Positions 19,510-29,523 of a DNA stretch of 64,000 nucleotides are shown here, one piece after another; the stretch's first letter is position 1, and every line of letters begins with the position of its first letter. Source of the DNA: Candidatus Hydrogenedentota bacterium (GTDB lineage Bacteria > Hydrogenedentota > Hydrogenedentia > Hydrogenedentales > SLHB01); the NCBI GenBank assembly GCA_045863295.1, contig BTWA01000034.1, positions 517 to 64,516 of the forward strand, in the 5' to 3' direction. Below the pieces are notes generated by a model that was given only the letters and a program-made list of their open reading frames with translations, was not told the origin of the DNA and ran no database searches. The translations under genes and the position numbers were made by a program.

Positions 19510-20544
19510 TCACGACTTCAATTTCACGGCTTTGCCGGTCTGCGCGGACTTTTCCGCGGCCAATATGATATCCAACGATTTTGCGCCTTCCGCCCCTGTG
19601 CAAAATGGCTTCTCCATCCCCATCGCCGCGCGCGCAAAATTGCCGCTCACGTCCAAACCCCAGGTGTCTGGGTAGTCATTCAACGGCGCCGGCATATCGA
19701 AGACGATTTCACATTCAGGATTTACCAAACGCGCCACCAGCGGCTTTGCCTCCTGAACCGACACGTGCAGTGTCCCGTTTGCACAATGCAGAATCATATA
19801 ATTCGCGCCGATGCCCTTGACCGTCCAGGAGGCGCACAGCGTGCCGACTGTGCCATCGGTAAACGTAAGGCAAGACACGAAGTTATCCTCCACCGAGGCG
19901 CCTTTCTTTTCCAGGCAGGCGGTGAACGCCGAAATCTGCGCCACTTCCTTGCCTGTGATGTACCGGATCAAATCTGCCTTATGCACCCCAAGATCCGCCA
20001 TCGCGCCAAACCGGGCCTTGTCCTTTTGAAAAAACCACTTGCCCGTCGGACTCCAGTTCTCGGGGCCTTCGTGGCCAAACATCGCCGTCACATGGAGAAT
20101 TTTGCCGAGAATGCCACTCTCCACCACTTCGCGCGCCTTCCGGTGGGGCGCAAACCGGCGCTGGCTCTGATTCACCATCAGCAGGCGCTTGGCCTTCTTT
20201 GCGGCAGCGACCATGGCTTGCGCTTCCGCGGCGGAGGTGGCCATGGGTTTTTCGACCATCACGTGCAAGCCGGCTTTCAATGCGGCGATAGCAACCGGCG
20301 CGTGAAACACGTTGGGGAGCGTGACCGTCACCCCGTCCAGAGTGCTGTCCGCAAACATCGTGTTGTAATCGGTGTATACGCGTGCATTCGGGGCAAACCG
20401 GGCTGCCAGCGCTTCCGCCTTCGATTTGTCCACATCGCAAAACGCCACCAATTCAGCGTCCGGACACACCGCATAATCCGGTATGTGCAGCCGTTCCGAG
20501 ATGGCCCCGCACCCCACTATCCCCGCGCGAAACCGTTTCGCCAT
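19510..20544 (-). CDS. Gfo/Idh/MocA-family oxidoreductase
   Basis: GIVGCGAI Rossmann motif, HVMVEKPMA, DLGVHKAD. Confidence 0.93.
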   Translation of the reverse strand: MAKRFRAGIVGCGAISERLHIPDYAVCPDAELVAFCDVDKSKAEALAARFAPNARVYTDYNTMFADSTLDGVTVTLPNVFHAPVAIAALKAGLHVMVEKPMATSAAEAQAMVAAAKKAKRLLMVNQSQRRFAPHRKAREVVESGILGKILHVTAMFGHEGPENWSPTGKWFFQKDKARFGAMADLGVHKADLIRYITGKEVAQISAFTACLEKKGASVEDNFVSCLTFTDGTVGTLCASWTVKGIGANYMILHCANGTLHVSVQEAKPLVARLVNPECEIVFDMPAPLNDYPDTWGLDVSGNFARAAMGMEKPFCTGAEGAKSLDIILAAEKSAQTGKAVKLKS

Positions 20545-20714
20545 GCCAAAGTCTCCCCGAAATTGAGATTTCCAGACCCGCAAACCGGCATTGTACGGAC
20601 TGATTCCGTGCATGAGCAACTGTGTTGTGAAGACTACGGTCCGGTATCGTCCTCTTGGCCCGGCAATCCCGTTTTTGCTAAGCTACGGGGTCTGTTCGAG
20701 GAGATTGCAGACTT

Positions 20715-21482
20715 GTGTTTACCCCGGAACAACTCACCCGATATGATCGCAATCTGCGTATACCCGGCATTGGCGAGGCCGGCCAAGCGCGGCTTGCGCA
20801 GGCGTCGGTCGCGGTAGTGGGCTTGGGTGGCCTCGGCAGTCCGGTAGCCTTGTATCTTGCCGCGGCCGGGGTCGGAACGCTCGGTCTAATCGACTCGGAC
20901 GCCGTGGAAATGAGCAATTTGCAGCGGCAGGTCTTGCACACGACCGACCGGATTGGTGTTTCCAAAGTGGATTCGGCCGTCGAAACCCTTGTTCGCCTCA
21001 ATCCCGAGATCAGACTTGTGCCGCTCCCGGTGCGGATGAATCATTCCAACGCCGCGGAATTGCTGACGTCGTTTGACGCGGTAGTGGAGGCCACCGACAA
21101 CTTCGAAGCGAAATTCCTGATCAACGACACGTGTTTAGTTCTGAGGAAACCCTTTGCCACGGCAGGCATCCTGGCCCTGTCCGGCCAGGCCCTGTTTTGT
21201 GTGCCGGGACAAACGCCGTGTCTTCGCTGTGCGGTGCCTGAAGTGCCCCAAGGAGTGCCCACCACCGCCCAGTTGGGTGTGCTGGGAGCCGTGCCCGGCC
21301 TGCTTGGGAGCCTTGAAGCACTCGACAGCATTCGGTATCTGGCCGGGTTGTGGGCACCCGAGGAAGACGGTTCCGGTTGGATTCACAGCGTGCAGTCAGA
21401 CGCCCCGGGCGGTGTCCGGCTCAAGACCATGCGCATAAACCGGCGGGCTCACTGCCGGTGTGCCGCGCTATGGCCCGAATAA
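20715..21482 (+). CDS. thiF: ThiF/MoeB adenylyltransferase
   Basis: [24 protein letters not shown] and CRC zinc ligands; GAGGAG RBS; heads the thi cluster. Confidence 0.9.
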   Translation: MFTPEQLTRYDRNLRIPGIGEAGQARLAQASVAVVGLGGLGSPVALYLAAAGVGTLGLIDSDAVEMSNLQRQVLHTTDRIGVSKVDSAVETLVRLNPEIRLVPLPVRMNHSNAAELLTSFDAVVEATDNFEAKFLINDTCLVLRKPFATAGILALSGQALFCVPGQTPCLRCAVPEVPQGVPTTAQLGVLGAVPGLLGSLEALDSIRYLAGLWAPEEDGSGWIHSVQSDAPGGVRLKTMRINRRAHCRCAALWPE

Positions 21483-21483
21483 G

Positions 21484-22302
21484 ATGGAAATCATGCAAGC
21501 AAGTGCCGATACCCACACCAACCCAGCAGATGTCTTGGTCATAGCCGGACGCGTCTTTCGATCCCGTCTCATGGTGGGCACCGGGAAGTTTCCTTCGACC
21601 GCCTCGCTAAAGGCAACGCTGGACGGGTGTGACGCGGAAATCGTGACCGTGGCGTTGCGCCGTGCCGATCTGTCCAACCCCAATGCGGACAGCATCCTCT
21701 CGGCCATTGATCCGCAGAGGCACCTGCTTTTGCCCAACACGTCCGGCGCGCGATCGGCGGAGGAAGCGGTTCGCCTCGCAAGACTTGCGCGCGCTGCCGG
21801 GTGTGAACCCTGGGTAAAGCTCGAACTGACTCCCGAACCCCGGTATTTGCTGCCCGATCCGATCGAAACCCTTCGTGCGGCGGAAATGCTTGTGAAGGAA
21901 GGGTTTGTCGTGTTGCCCTACATACAGGCAGACCCAATTCTGGCCAAGCGGCTGGAAGAAGCCGGCACGGCAACGGTGATGCCGTTGGGTGCGCCCATTG
22001 GCAGCAACAAGGGATTGAAGACGCGCGAAATGATTCGCATCATTATCGAACAGGCGAACGTGCCTGTCGTGGTGGATGCCGGGCTCGGTGCGCCGTCGCA
22101 CGCCGCCGAGGCCATGGAAATGGGCGCCGATGCGGTACTGGTCAACACGGCGCTGGCCGACGCCAGCGACCACTATGCCATGGGCCGCGCGTTCGCGTTG
22201 GCGACGGAAGCCGGCAGGCTTGCCTATCTGTCAGGGCTTGGCCCGGTTCGCGAAGTGGCCGAGGCTTCTTCGCCACTGACCGGCTTTTTGGATACACTGT
22301 GA
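21484..22302 (+). CDS. thiG: Thiazole synthase
   Basis: [49 protein letters not shown]. Confidence 0.97.
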   Translation: MEIMQASADTHTNPADVLVIAGRVFRSRLMVGTGKFPSTASLKATLDGCDAEIVTVALRRADLSNPNADSILSAIDPQRHLLLPNTSGARSAEEAVRLARLARAAGCEPWVKLELTPEPRYLLPDPIETLRAAEMLVKEGFVVLPYIQADPILAKRLEEAGTATVMPLGAPIGSNKGLKTREMIRIIIEQANVPVVVDAGLGAPSHAAEAMEMGADAVLVNTALADASDHYAMGRAFALATEAGRLAYLSGLGPVREVAEASSPLTGFLDTL

Positions 22303-22358
22303 TTGCATTACCTCAGGACGCGTGCCACATCCGCTTAAATTCGTAAAGTCATTGAATT

Positions 22359-23525
22359 ATGTCCTTTCAAACCGAGCTGAATGCCTGGCCCGAAGACCGA
22401 GTCCGTGCGCTGATAGAAGGCGCAACCGCGGACGATGTCGACCGCGCCCTTTGCCGCGACGATCGGTCGCCGCGCGATCTCGCCGCACTCCTGTCGCGTC
22501 AGGCCGCGCCACGGCTCGAATCCATGGCACAAGAAGCGAACAGGCTCACCCGGTGGCATTTTGGCCGGACCATTGGTCTTTATGCTCCCCTGTATATTTC
22601 CAATGTCTGCGGTGCGGACTGCACCTACTGTGGCTACGCCGTACGATCCGGCAACCGCGAAAAGCGACGCACGCTGACCGCGGAAGAGATTCACAGCGAA
22701 TGCGAAGCGCTGGCATCACACGGGTTTCAGAGCGTGCTTCTGCTGACAGGCGAGGCAAGACGTGCCGTGCCCGTCGCTTACATCGCGGACGCCGTAGCCA
22801 TCGCACACACCTACTTCCCCTCGGTCTCGGTGGAGATTTACTCACTTGACGAGCAAGACTACCGCGTTCTTGTGGATCGCGGTCTTGAAGGCGTCACGCT
22901 CTACATGGAAACGTACCATCGCGATACTTACGCCAAGGTGCACCTCATCGGAGAAAAGACAGACTACGGGTTCCGCCTGGATGCCATCGAACGGGCGGGA
23001 CGCGCAGGCGCCCGCCGGCTGAGCGTCGGATCGCTTTTGGGCCTGTACGATTGGCGAGTCGACGCATTTTGGACCCTGATGCACGCACGGCATGTGCAGC
23101 GCGCATGTTGGCAGAGCGCCGTGTCACTGTCGTTTCCCCGGCTCATCCACACCCCCGCACGGTTCCAAGGGGATACCCTGATCCGCGATCGCGAACTGGT
23201 TCAGCTCATGCTCGCGGCCCGGTTGTTCGTGCCCGAAGCGGGATTCAATCTATCTACGCGCGAACGTCCCGAATTTCGCGATAAGCTCATTCCTCTTGGT
23301 GTCACCATGATGAGCGCAGGATCCTCCACGCGACCCGGCGGTTATTCGCTCTATGGCGAAGAGACGTTGGAACAGTTTGAGATTGAAGATACCCGTGCGC
23401 CGCGCGAAGTCGCCGAAGTCATTCGCGCATCCGGCTACGATCCGGTGTGGAAAGACTTTGATCGCGGCTTCAACAACGAAATACATGTGACATCGCATCG
23501 CTTCCACGAAGCTCCGCCAAATTAG
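22359..23525 (+). CDS. thiH: 2-iminoacetate synthase (radical SAM)
   Basis: YAPLYISNVCGADCTYC CxxxCxxC, LLLTGE, STRE, SAGSSTRPGGY, PVWKDFD. Confidence 0.95.
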   Translation: MSFQTELNAWPEDRVRALIEGATADDVDRALCRDDRSPRDLAALLSRQAAPRLESMAQEANRLTRWHFGRTIGLYAPLYISNVCGADCTYCGYAVRSGNREKRRTLTAEEIHSECEALASHGFQSVLLLTGEARRAVPVAYIADAVAIAHTYFPSVSVEIYSLDEQDYRVLVDRGLEGVTLYMETYHRDTYAKVHLIGEKTDYGFRLDAIERAGRAGARRLSVGSLLGLYDWRVDAFWTLMHARHVQRACWQSAVSLSFPRLIHTPARFQGDTLIRDRELVQLMLAARLFVPEAGFNLSTRERPEFRDKLIPLGVTMMSAGSSTRPGGYSLYGEETLEQFEIEDTRAPREVAEVIRASGYDPVWKDFDRGFNNEIHVTSHRFHEAPPN

Positions 23526-23574
23526 AATGAACCTCATACTTTCGCGAAGCGTGACAGGTCCTCTGGTTACTTCG

Positions 23575-23603
23575 TTGACAGGCAGACGAATTGTACCTAT
23601 AAC
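23575..23603 (+). promoter_or_regulatory. sigma70-type promoter upstream of thiS
   Basis: TTGACA (23575-80), 17 bp, TATAAC (23598-603). Confidence 0.75.
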
Positions 23604-23653
23604 AAGTGGAATGGATGCGCCAGGATTCTGGATCTACTTCAGGAACTACAGCT

Positions 23654-23854
23654 ATGAAAATTATGCTTAACGGAAGCACCAAAGAAATTGCCGGCGATGT
23701 GTCGGTCAACGCCCTTCTGGCATCGCTCAATTTTCAACCCGAAGGCACGGTGGTCGAACGCAATGGAGATATCGTCGATCGCGCTTCCTATGGCGATACT
23801 CTCTTGGCGGAAGGCGACACGATTGAACTCGTGCGATTCGTCGGCGGCGGATGA
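23654..23854 (+). CDS. thiS: Sulfur carrier protein ThiS
   Basis: 66 aa ubiquitin-like protein, VVERNG, C-terminal FVGGG. Confidence 0.96.
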   Translation: MKIMLNGSTKEIAGDVSVNALLASLNFQPEGTVVERNGDIVDRASYGDTLLAEGDTIELVRFVGGG

Positions 23855-24507
23855 CGACGCACGCTGAGCGAATGGTTCGATTCGACCATGCCGATCTCTA
23901 CGTCGTCATTACCGAATCCTTTTGCGGTGGCCGATCGGCCCTTGACGTTCTCGACGCGGTGCTGGACGCCGGTGTCACACTGATTCAGTTGCGGGAAAAG
24001 GACTGGGACGATTGCCGCTTGTACCGGCACGCGTGCCAATTCCGGGAACGAACAGCGCGTGTTGGCGCGCTTCTGATAATCGACGACCGAATAGACATGG
24101 CACTGGCCGCCGAAGCCGACGGTGTACATCTGGGACAGACGGATTTGCCGATCGAAGCGGCCCGCGGAATTGCTCCCGATCTGATCATAGGAGCTTCCAC
24201 CCACAACCTTGACGAGGCACTTGCCGCGCAGGCGGCCGGTGCGAGTTACCTGAACATAGGACCCATCTTCGCCACGCAAACCAAGACCGGCCTCGGATCG
24301 GCAGTGGGTCCCGACATGATCACGGCGATAGCCCCCAGACTCCGCGTGCCTTTCACCGTCATGGGCGGTATCAAGGAACACAACATCCACGAGGTTATTA
24401 CGCGGGGCGCCCGCCGTGCCGCCGTCGTCACGGCCGTGACCCAGGACCGCGACCCCGGATCCGCGGCGAGACGGCTGAGAGAGGCGTTTTCCAAACCTCG
24501 CTGCTGA
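23851..24507 (+). CDS. thiE: Thiamine-phosphate synthase
   Basis: IQLREK, IIDDRID, GVHLGQTD, GASTH, IGPIFATQTK; ATGA-coupled to thiS. Confidence 0.95.
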   Translation: MTTHAERMVRFDHADLYVVITESFCGGRSALDVLDAVLDAGVTLIQLREKDWDDCRLYRHACQFRERTARVGALLIIDDRIDMALAAEADGVHLGQTDLPIEAARGIAPDLIIGASTHNLDEALAAQAAGASYLNIGPIFATQTKTGLGSAVGPDMITAIAPRLRVPFTVMGGIKEHNIHEVITRGARRAAVVTAVTQDRDPGSAARRLREAFSKPRC

Positions 24508-24629
24508 CAGGGAAAAGCGCGTCGCCGCCCCGTCTTATTCGGCCAACGGTGGAATCCCGGCCCGGTTATTTCATAGAGTGAGTGCCGTGTGTTGGCCTAA
24601 AGAATCAACGGACAGGGAGCCGACGGAAC

Positions 24630-25571
24630 ATGAACACAGATTCAACACGGCGGACGTTTCTCAAAACTGCGGGAGCAAGCGCAATGGCGGCAGGCATTAC
24701 AGCGATCGGAGGCAATTCCGCCCACGCGGCGAGAACATACGGCATTTCACTGGCGGGGTGGTCGCTGCATCGCACCATCGGGGAAGGAGAAGGCAAAACA
24801 CCAATGCTCGATATGCCGCGGCTGGCCCGCGAGGAGTTCGGTATCGAAGCAATCGAATTGGTGAACAAAATGCTGCCGCCCAACGAAAAACCGTTTGACG
24901 AAATGATGCCATACCTCGAACAATTGAAAAAGAATGCGGCCGATCACAACGTGAAGATTTTGCTCATCATGGTGGACGGCGAAGGCGATATTGGCCACCT
25001 GGAAGAGGCCAAACGGGAAGAAGCCGTTACCCGGCATCAGAAATGGGTGGACGCCGCCGCTTTCTTTGGCGGCCATTCCATTCGCATGAACTGGAAAGGC
25101 GAAGCCAACGGATGGGAGAAAGATCCGAAAGTGGTGGATGCCCTCGTCGAACGCTCTGCGCCGTACTTCCACAAACTCTGCGACTACGCAGACGGCAAAG
25201 GCATCAACGTCATCATCGAAAACCACGGCGGTCCATCGTCCAATGTGCCGGCCATGGAGAAGCTCATGGCCGCTGTGAAGCATCCCCGCTTCGGCACACT
25301 GCCGGACTACGGCAACTTTCCGGCCGGCACCGACATCTACGATTCCATCGACCGGCTCATGCCGTTTGCCAAAGCCGTCAGTGCCAAGTGCTACGATTTC
25401 GACGACACTACCGGCTTGGAAACGAAGCTCGATTTCGCGAAACTCACCGAAATTGTAGTGGACAAACACAAGTACAGCGGCTACATCGGCATCGAGTTTG
25501 AAGGCGATCGTTTGAGCGAGTTCGAGGGAATTAAGCGGGCAAAAGCGCTGATGGACAAATTGAAAGCATAA
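24630..25571 (+). CDS. Tat-exported sugar phosphate isomerase/epimerase (xylose-isomerase-like TIM barrel)
   Basis: TRRTFLK twin-arginine signal; IENHGG, LPDYGNF, IGIEFEG. Confidence 0.9.
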   Translation: MNTDSTRRTFLKTAGASAMAAGITAIGGNSAHAARTYGISLAGWSLHRTIGEGEGKTPMLDMPRLAREEFGIEAIELVNKMLPPNEKPFDEMMPYLEQLKKNAADHNVKILLIMVDGEGDIGHLEEAKREEAVTRHQKWVDAAAFFGGHSIRMNWKGEANGWEKDPKVVDALVERSAPYFHKLCDYADGKGINVIIENHGGPSSNVPAMEKLMAAVKHPRFGTLPDYGNFPAGTDIYDSIDRLMPFAKAVSAKCYDFDDTTGLETKLDFAKLTEIVVDKHKYSGYIGIEFEGDRLSEFEGIKRAKALMDKLKA

Positions 25572-25590
25572 ACCGGCCCCATGCAGATTA

Positions 25591-25633
25591 AAAGGCGCTC
25601 TCTTTCCCCACGGATAGAGAGCGCCTTTCTTTT
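25591..25633. terminator. Likely bidirectional intrinsic terminator
   Basis: 13-bp stem AAAGGCGCTCTCT/AGAGAGCGCCTTT with T-rich tail, between convergent genes. Confidence 0.8.
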
Positions 25634-25647
25634 GGGAAGCAATACAA

Positions 25648-27039
25648 TCAAACCGTAGTCTTCATATGCACGCTCTTTAGCCGTGTGAGTTGATGGAAAC
25701 CATACTTTGACAGACTGCATCCGCGGCCGGTGTCCTTCACGCCCGTCCAGGCAAGGGCCGGATCGCAATAATCCGCGCGGTTCATGAAGACTGTTCCCGT
25801 CTCGATATGTTGCGCGAGGCGCAACACCCGCTCCTCGTCGCTCGTCCACACCGACGCCGTCAGCCCATACCTGCTGTCGTTCATGAAACGCACGGCCTCG
25901 TCGTCGCCATGTACCGGAGTAATGCCAATGACCGGGCCAAAGCTTTCATCCTGCATGAGTGCGCTTTCCTGAGGGGCGTCCGCGACTACCACTGGCGCAG
26001 CGAACCATCCAGAGCCGCTGATCCGGAAATCCTTGGCGCTCACCACCGCGCGGCCACCCCTGCGCACGGCGTCTTCCACTTGCCCCAGCAAGAACGCAGG
26101 CGCACCCTTGGAAGCCATCGGTCCGAGGTTGGTTGCGTCATCCAGCGGATTACCCATCACGTACTGCTTCGTCAATGCCGCAAATGCGTCGACAAACCGA
26201 TCGTAGATGCTGTGATGAACGTACACTCGTTCAATCGCGCAACACGACTGGCCCGCGTTGAAAAACGCTCCATCCACGCACTCAGCCACCGCGTAGTCAA
26301 AATTCGCATCCGCGCAAACGTACGCAGGGTCCTTGCCTCCCAACTCCAGTCCCACCCCGACAAACCGGCCCGACGCCCCGCGTACAATTTCGTGCCCTCC
26401 AGTGGTCGATCCAGTGAACGAGACATAATCCACGCCGGAATGCTTCACGAACGCGTCGGTCACGGCGTGATCGCAAATCACATGCTGGATCAAATCTTTT
26501 GGCGCACCTGCTTTGGCAAACGCATCCACAAAGGCTTCGCCGCACAGAGGCGTCTTGCTCGAATGCTTAAGAATTACGGCATTGCCCGAAAGGATTGCGG
26601 GCACCACGACATTCACCGCAATCAACAACGGATAGTTCCACGCGGCAATGTCGAACACCACACCCAAGGGTTCGTGCCTGATGCACCGCCGGAACGGCGA
26701 TTCCGACGGAATCCACTCGTCCGACAGCGTCTCCTCGGCAATCGAGATCATATACGTGGCCCGCTCCACAAGCCGGTTGATCTCGCCCAACGCATGCTTA
26801 TTAGGCTTGCCCATCTGGCGCGAAATGTCCGCAGCCACGCCGTCTGCCATCCCTTTGAATACTTCCACGAATGCGCTGCACAGCGCCTTGCGCGAGGCCA
26901 TATCCGTCCAACGCCATCCCTCGAACGCGGCCCGCGCACGGCCCACTACGGCATCCACTTCGCCCGAAGCCAGCATCGGCCACTCCCCTACAATGGACTC
27001 GTCAAACGGATTGATCACGGTAAGTTTACGGCTACTCAC
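25648..27039 (-). CDS. Aldehyde dehydrogenase family protein
   Basis: AWNYP, SFTGST, LELGGKDP, NAGQSCCAIER, ESFGP. Confidence 0.95.
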   Translation of the reverse strand: MSSRKLTVINPFDESIVGEWPMLASGEVDAVVGRARAAFEGWRWTDMASRKALCSAFVEVFKGMADGVAADISRQMGKPNKHALGEINRLVERATYMISIAEETLSDEWIPSESPFRRCIRHEPLGVVFDIAAWNYPLLIAVNVVVPAILSGNAVILKHSSKTPLCGEAFVDAFAKAGAPKDLIQHVICDHAVTDAFVKHSGVDYVSFTGSTTGGHEIVRGASGRFVGVGLELGGKDPAYVCADANFDYAVAECVDGAFFNAGQSCCAIERVYVHHSIYDRFVDAFAALTKQYVMGNPLDDATNLGPMASKGAPAFLLGQVEDAVRRGGRAVVSAKDFRISGSGWFAAPVVVADAPQESALMQDESFGPVIGITPVHGDDEAVRFMNDSRYGLTASVWTSDEERVLRLAQHIETGTVFMNRADYCDPALAWTGVKDTGRGCSLSKYGFHQLTRLKSVHMKTTV

Positions 27040-27184
27040 GGCAGGTTTCCTTTAAGCATGGTAAATAAGGCACGGAGGCGTTTCCCCCGCCGCCAACAGA
27101 TCCGGGGAAATTGTACTAGACCGTGACTGAGTTGCGAAACAAAAAAGTCGGGCAGTCATCGAATCCCAGCGGTACACGCTGGAA

Positions 27185-28618
27185 TCAGTCTTTTTCCTGA
27201 TACGACCGCCTCAGATTGGTGGGAAGGATATCCATTGCCTCGCGGTATTTGGTGACCGTGCGCCGCGCGATGTTGATGCCCTGCGCTTTCAGCATGTCCG
27301 CGATGCGCTGATCGCTGAGAGGCTTGGTCTTGTCTTCTTCCTCGATAATCTTCTTAATCAGCGACTGCACGCTCTTGGCCGATTGCTCGCCGCCCGCATC
27401 CTTCTTCAACCCCGGCGAGAAAAAGTACTTCATCTCGAACAGACCCTGCGGCGTCTGCATGTATTTGCCGCGCGTCGTGCGGCTCACGGTGGCCTCGTGA
27501 ACGCCGACCACATCGGCGATCTCCTGCAACGTCAACGGCTTGATGAACTCGATGCCCCTGTCGAAGAAATCCTTCTGGACATCCACAATGGCCGAGGCAA
27601 TCCGTAGAATCGTCTGTTGCCGCTGCTGGATATTGCGTATCAGCCAGCGCGCCGATTCTACCTTGTCCCGCAAGTACCGCTTCTCGTCCTTCTTCACGCG
27701 GCCGTTCTTCATCAGGTCGCGGTATTCGCTGTTGATCCGCAGTTCCGGATTCGATTCGTCGCTTAAATACACGACATAGTCATCGTCAATCTTCTCGACC
27801 ACTACGTCCGGTGTCACGTATTGCGGGGGGTCAGTCGAATACTCCAGACCGGGCCAAGGGTTCAATTTCGAAAGCTGCCCTGTCAATTCTTCCACACGTT
27901 CCGGCGTGATCCCCATCGCCTTGGCAATTTTCGGGATCTGCCGGTGTTCGAGTGCCTCGAGGTGTTCCGTTACCAGCGTTTTCAATTGCGGGTCGCCATT
28001 GCATTCGGCGTCAATCTGCAACAAAAGGCTTTCCACCACATCCCGCGCGCCCACGCCCGTCGGCTCAAAACGCTGAACCAGCCTGAGCACCTGTTCGGCG
28101 TCGGCGACTGAGACGCCGGCCTCCCCTGCAATAGACTCCAGCGATCCAGTGAAATAACCCCTGTGATCAATTTCCCCGAGGATGAGTTCCCCAATCCGGT
28201 AGATCTTCTCGTCCGGCGCCGCCAGGCGTAGTTGGGTCATCAAATGAGATCCGAACGATTCTTCTTTTGTGATGGAATTCTGGTAGTACTCGCGGCGGCT
28301 GTCCAGATCGGCGTTCCGGGAGAGGTCCCGGCCTTCCTTCTGCCGTTCCAAAAGGTGGTCGACAAATGTGTCGAAGCTGTAATCCGTGCTATAAGGGTCG
28401 TAGTCGTCCGAGGCTTTTCCGTCGGAGGGAGCCGGTTTCTCGACAACCGGCTCCTTGACCAATTGTTCCAATACCGGATTCGTTTCGAGTTCCAGTTGGA
28501 CATATTGGTCGAGCTCGATGCTCGAAAGCTGCAAAATATGGATGGCCTGCTGCATTTTTTGAGTCAGCATTAGCCGTTGCTGCTGGGTTTGCGCCAGCCT
28601 ATGTTCCATATGCATCAT
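27185..28618 (-). CDS. rpoN: RNA polymerase sigma-54 factor
   Basis: Gln/Leu-rich region I, EPTGVGARD, HEATVSR, RpoN box ARRTVTKYRE. Confidence 0.98.
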   Translation of the reverse strand: MMHMEHRLAQTQQQRLMLTQKMQQAIHILQLSSIELDQYVQLELETNPVLEQLVKEPVVEKPAPSDGKASDDYDPYSTDYSFDTFVDHLLERQKEGRDLSRNADLDSRREYYQNSITKEESFGSHLMTQLRLAAPDEKIYRIGELILGEIDHRGYFTGSLESIAGEAGVSVADAEQVLRLVQRFEPTGVGARDVVESLLLQIDAECNGDPQLKTLVTEHLEALEHRQIPKIAKAMGITPERVEELTGQLSKLNPWPGLEYSTDPPQYVTPDVVVEKIDDDYVVYLSDESNPELRINSEYRDLMKNGRVKKDEKRYLRDKVESARWLIRNIQQRQQTILRIASAIVDVQKDFFDRGIEFIKPLTLQEIADVVGVHEATVSRTTRGKYMQTPQGLFEMKYFFSPGLKKDAGGEQSAKSVQSLIKKIIEEEDKTKPLSDQRIADMLKAQGINIARRTVTKYREAMDILPTNLRRSYQEKD

Positions 28619-28636
28619 GTCAGAGTGGACCCTACT

Positions 28637-28652
28637 AGCAAGTCATATGCCA
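28637..28652 (-). promoter_or_regulatory. sigma54 -24/-12 site upstream of rpoN
   Basis: Minus strand TGGCATATGACTTGCT, exact GG-N10-GC spacing with TGGCA and TTGC half-sites. Confidence 0.75.
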
Positions 28653-28680
28653 TTATACGCCCAAGGGGCGTGGAAGTCAA
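28652..28680 (-). promoter_or_regulatory. sigma70 promoter of rpoN
   Basis: Minus strand TTGACT (28675-80), 17 bp, TATAAT (28652-57). Confidence 0.8.
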
Positions 28681-28709
28681 TTGATCGTTTTCGATCTCAG
28701 TGCTATAAT
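28681..28709 (+). promoter_or_regulatory. sigma70 promoter of the MBL-AraC-microprotein operon
   Basis: TTGATC (28681-86), 17 bp, extended TGcTATAAT (-10 at 28704-09). Confidence 0.75.
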
Positions 28710-28752
28710 TCACTATGCCTCAAGCAGTTATATCCTTTCAAGGGGGTGCAGG

Positions 28753-29523
28753 GTGCTTCGGTTCGCCTTATTGGGTAGTGGAAGCAGCGGCAACGCTATC
28801 TGGATCGCCACGCCCAGCTCCAAGATATTGATTGACAACGGCTTAAGCTATAAGCAGCTCGACCTCCGGCTTAGAGCCCTTGGGGAATCCCTCGACGGAT
28901 TGAAAGCCATCTTTATCACCCACGAACATTCCGATCACGTCATGGGACTGGGCATTCTGTCTCGAAAACATGACGTACCCATCTATATGACGCGGGAAAC
29001 CCACGAGTGCCTGCCTCCGTCCATTGGGCCGCTACGCCGGGTCGAGTACTTCGAGGCCGGCGATCCGGTCGCAATCAATGGCCTTCAAGTAGACAGTTTT
29101 AGCATTTCCCACGATGCCGCCGACCCGGTGAGCTATGCCGTTCGCCACGACGGGATAAAACTGGGGCTGGCATGCGACCTTGGATATCCATCAGACCTCG
29201 TGCTCCGCCAACTCAGCGGGTCCCATGCCCTTGTTATCGAATCCAATTACTGCCCCACAATGTTGCACACCGGCTCCTATCCCCGCATGGTGCAACAGCG
29301 CATTCGTGGCAAGCAGGGGCACCTGTCCAACGCTGACATGTGCCATATGCTCGCGAAGTTGCAGCACGAAGCGCTCAAATTGGTGGTGCTGGTGCACATC
29401 AGCGAGGAGAACAACCGCTACGAGTTGGCCCACGCCATGGCGCGCGATGCCCTGCGCAAGAACCCTGTCGAGGTCGTCGTGGCCCGGCATAACGAGCCAA
29501 CCCGGTTGTTTGAGATCGCGTGA
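28753..29523 (+). CDS. MBL-fold metallo-hydrolase, YycJ/WalJ-like
   Basis: LGSGSSGNA, ITHEHSDH, SHDAADP, IESNY, GHLSN, HISEENN; GTG start after AGGGGG. Confidence 0.9.
   Translation: MLRFALLGSGSSGNAIWIATPSSKILIDNGLSYKQLDLRLRALGESLDGLKAIFITHEHSDHVMGLGILSRKHDVPIYMTRETHECLPPSIGPLRRVEYFEAGDPVAINGLQVDSFSISHDAADPVSYAVRHDGIKLGLACDLGYPSDLVLRQLSGSHALVIESNYCPTMLHTGSYPRMVQQRIRGKQGHLSNADMCHMLAKLQHEALKLVVLVHISEENNRYELAHAMARDALRKNPVEVVVARHNEPTRLFEIA

Noticed and set aside
19432-20817. 461-aa plus-strand ORF
   Set aside because: Antisense shadow of the Gfo/Idh/MocA gene; no motifs; expected in GC-rich DNA
25807-27126. 439-aa plus-strand ORF
   Set aside because: Antisense to the aldehyde dehydrogenase; Arg/His-rich shadow composition
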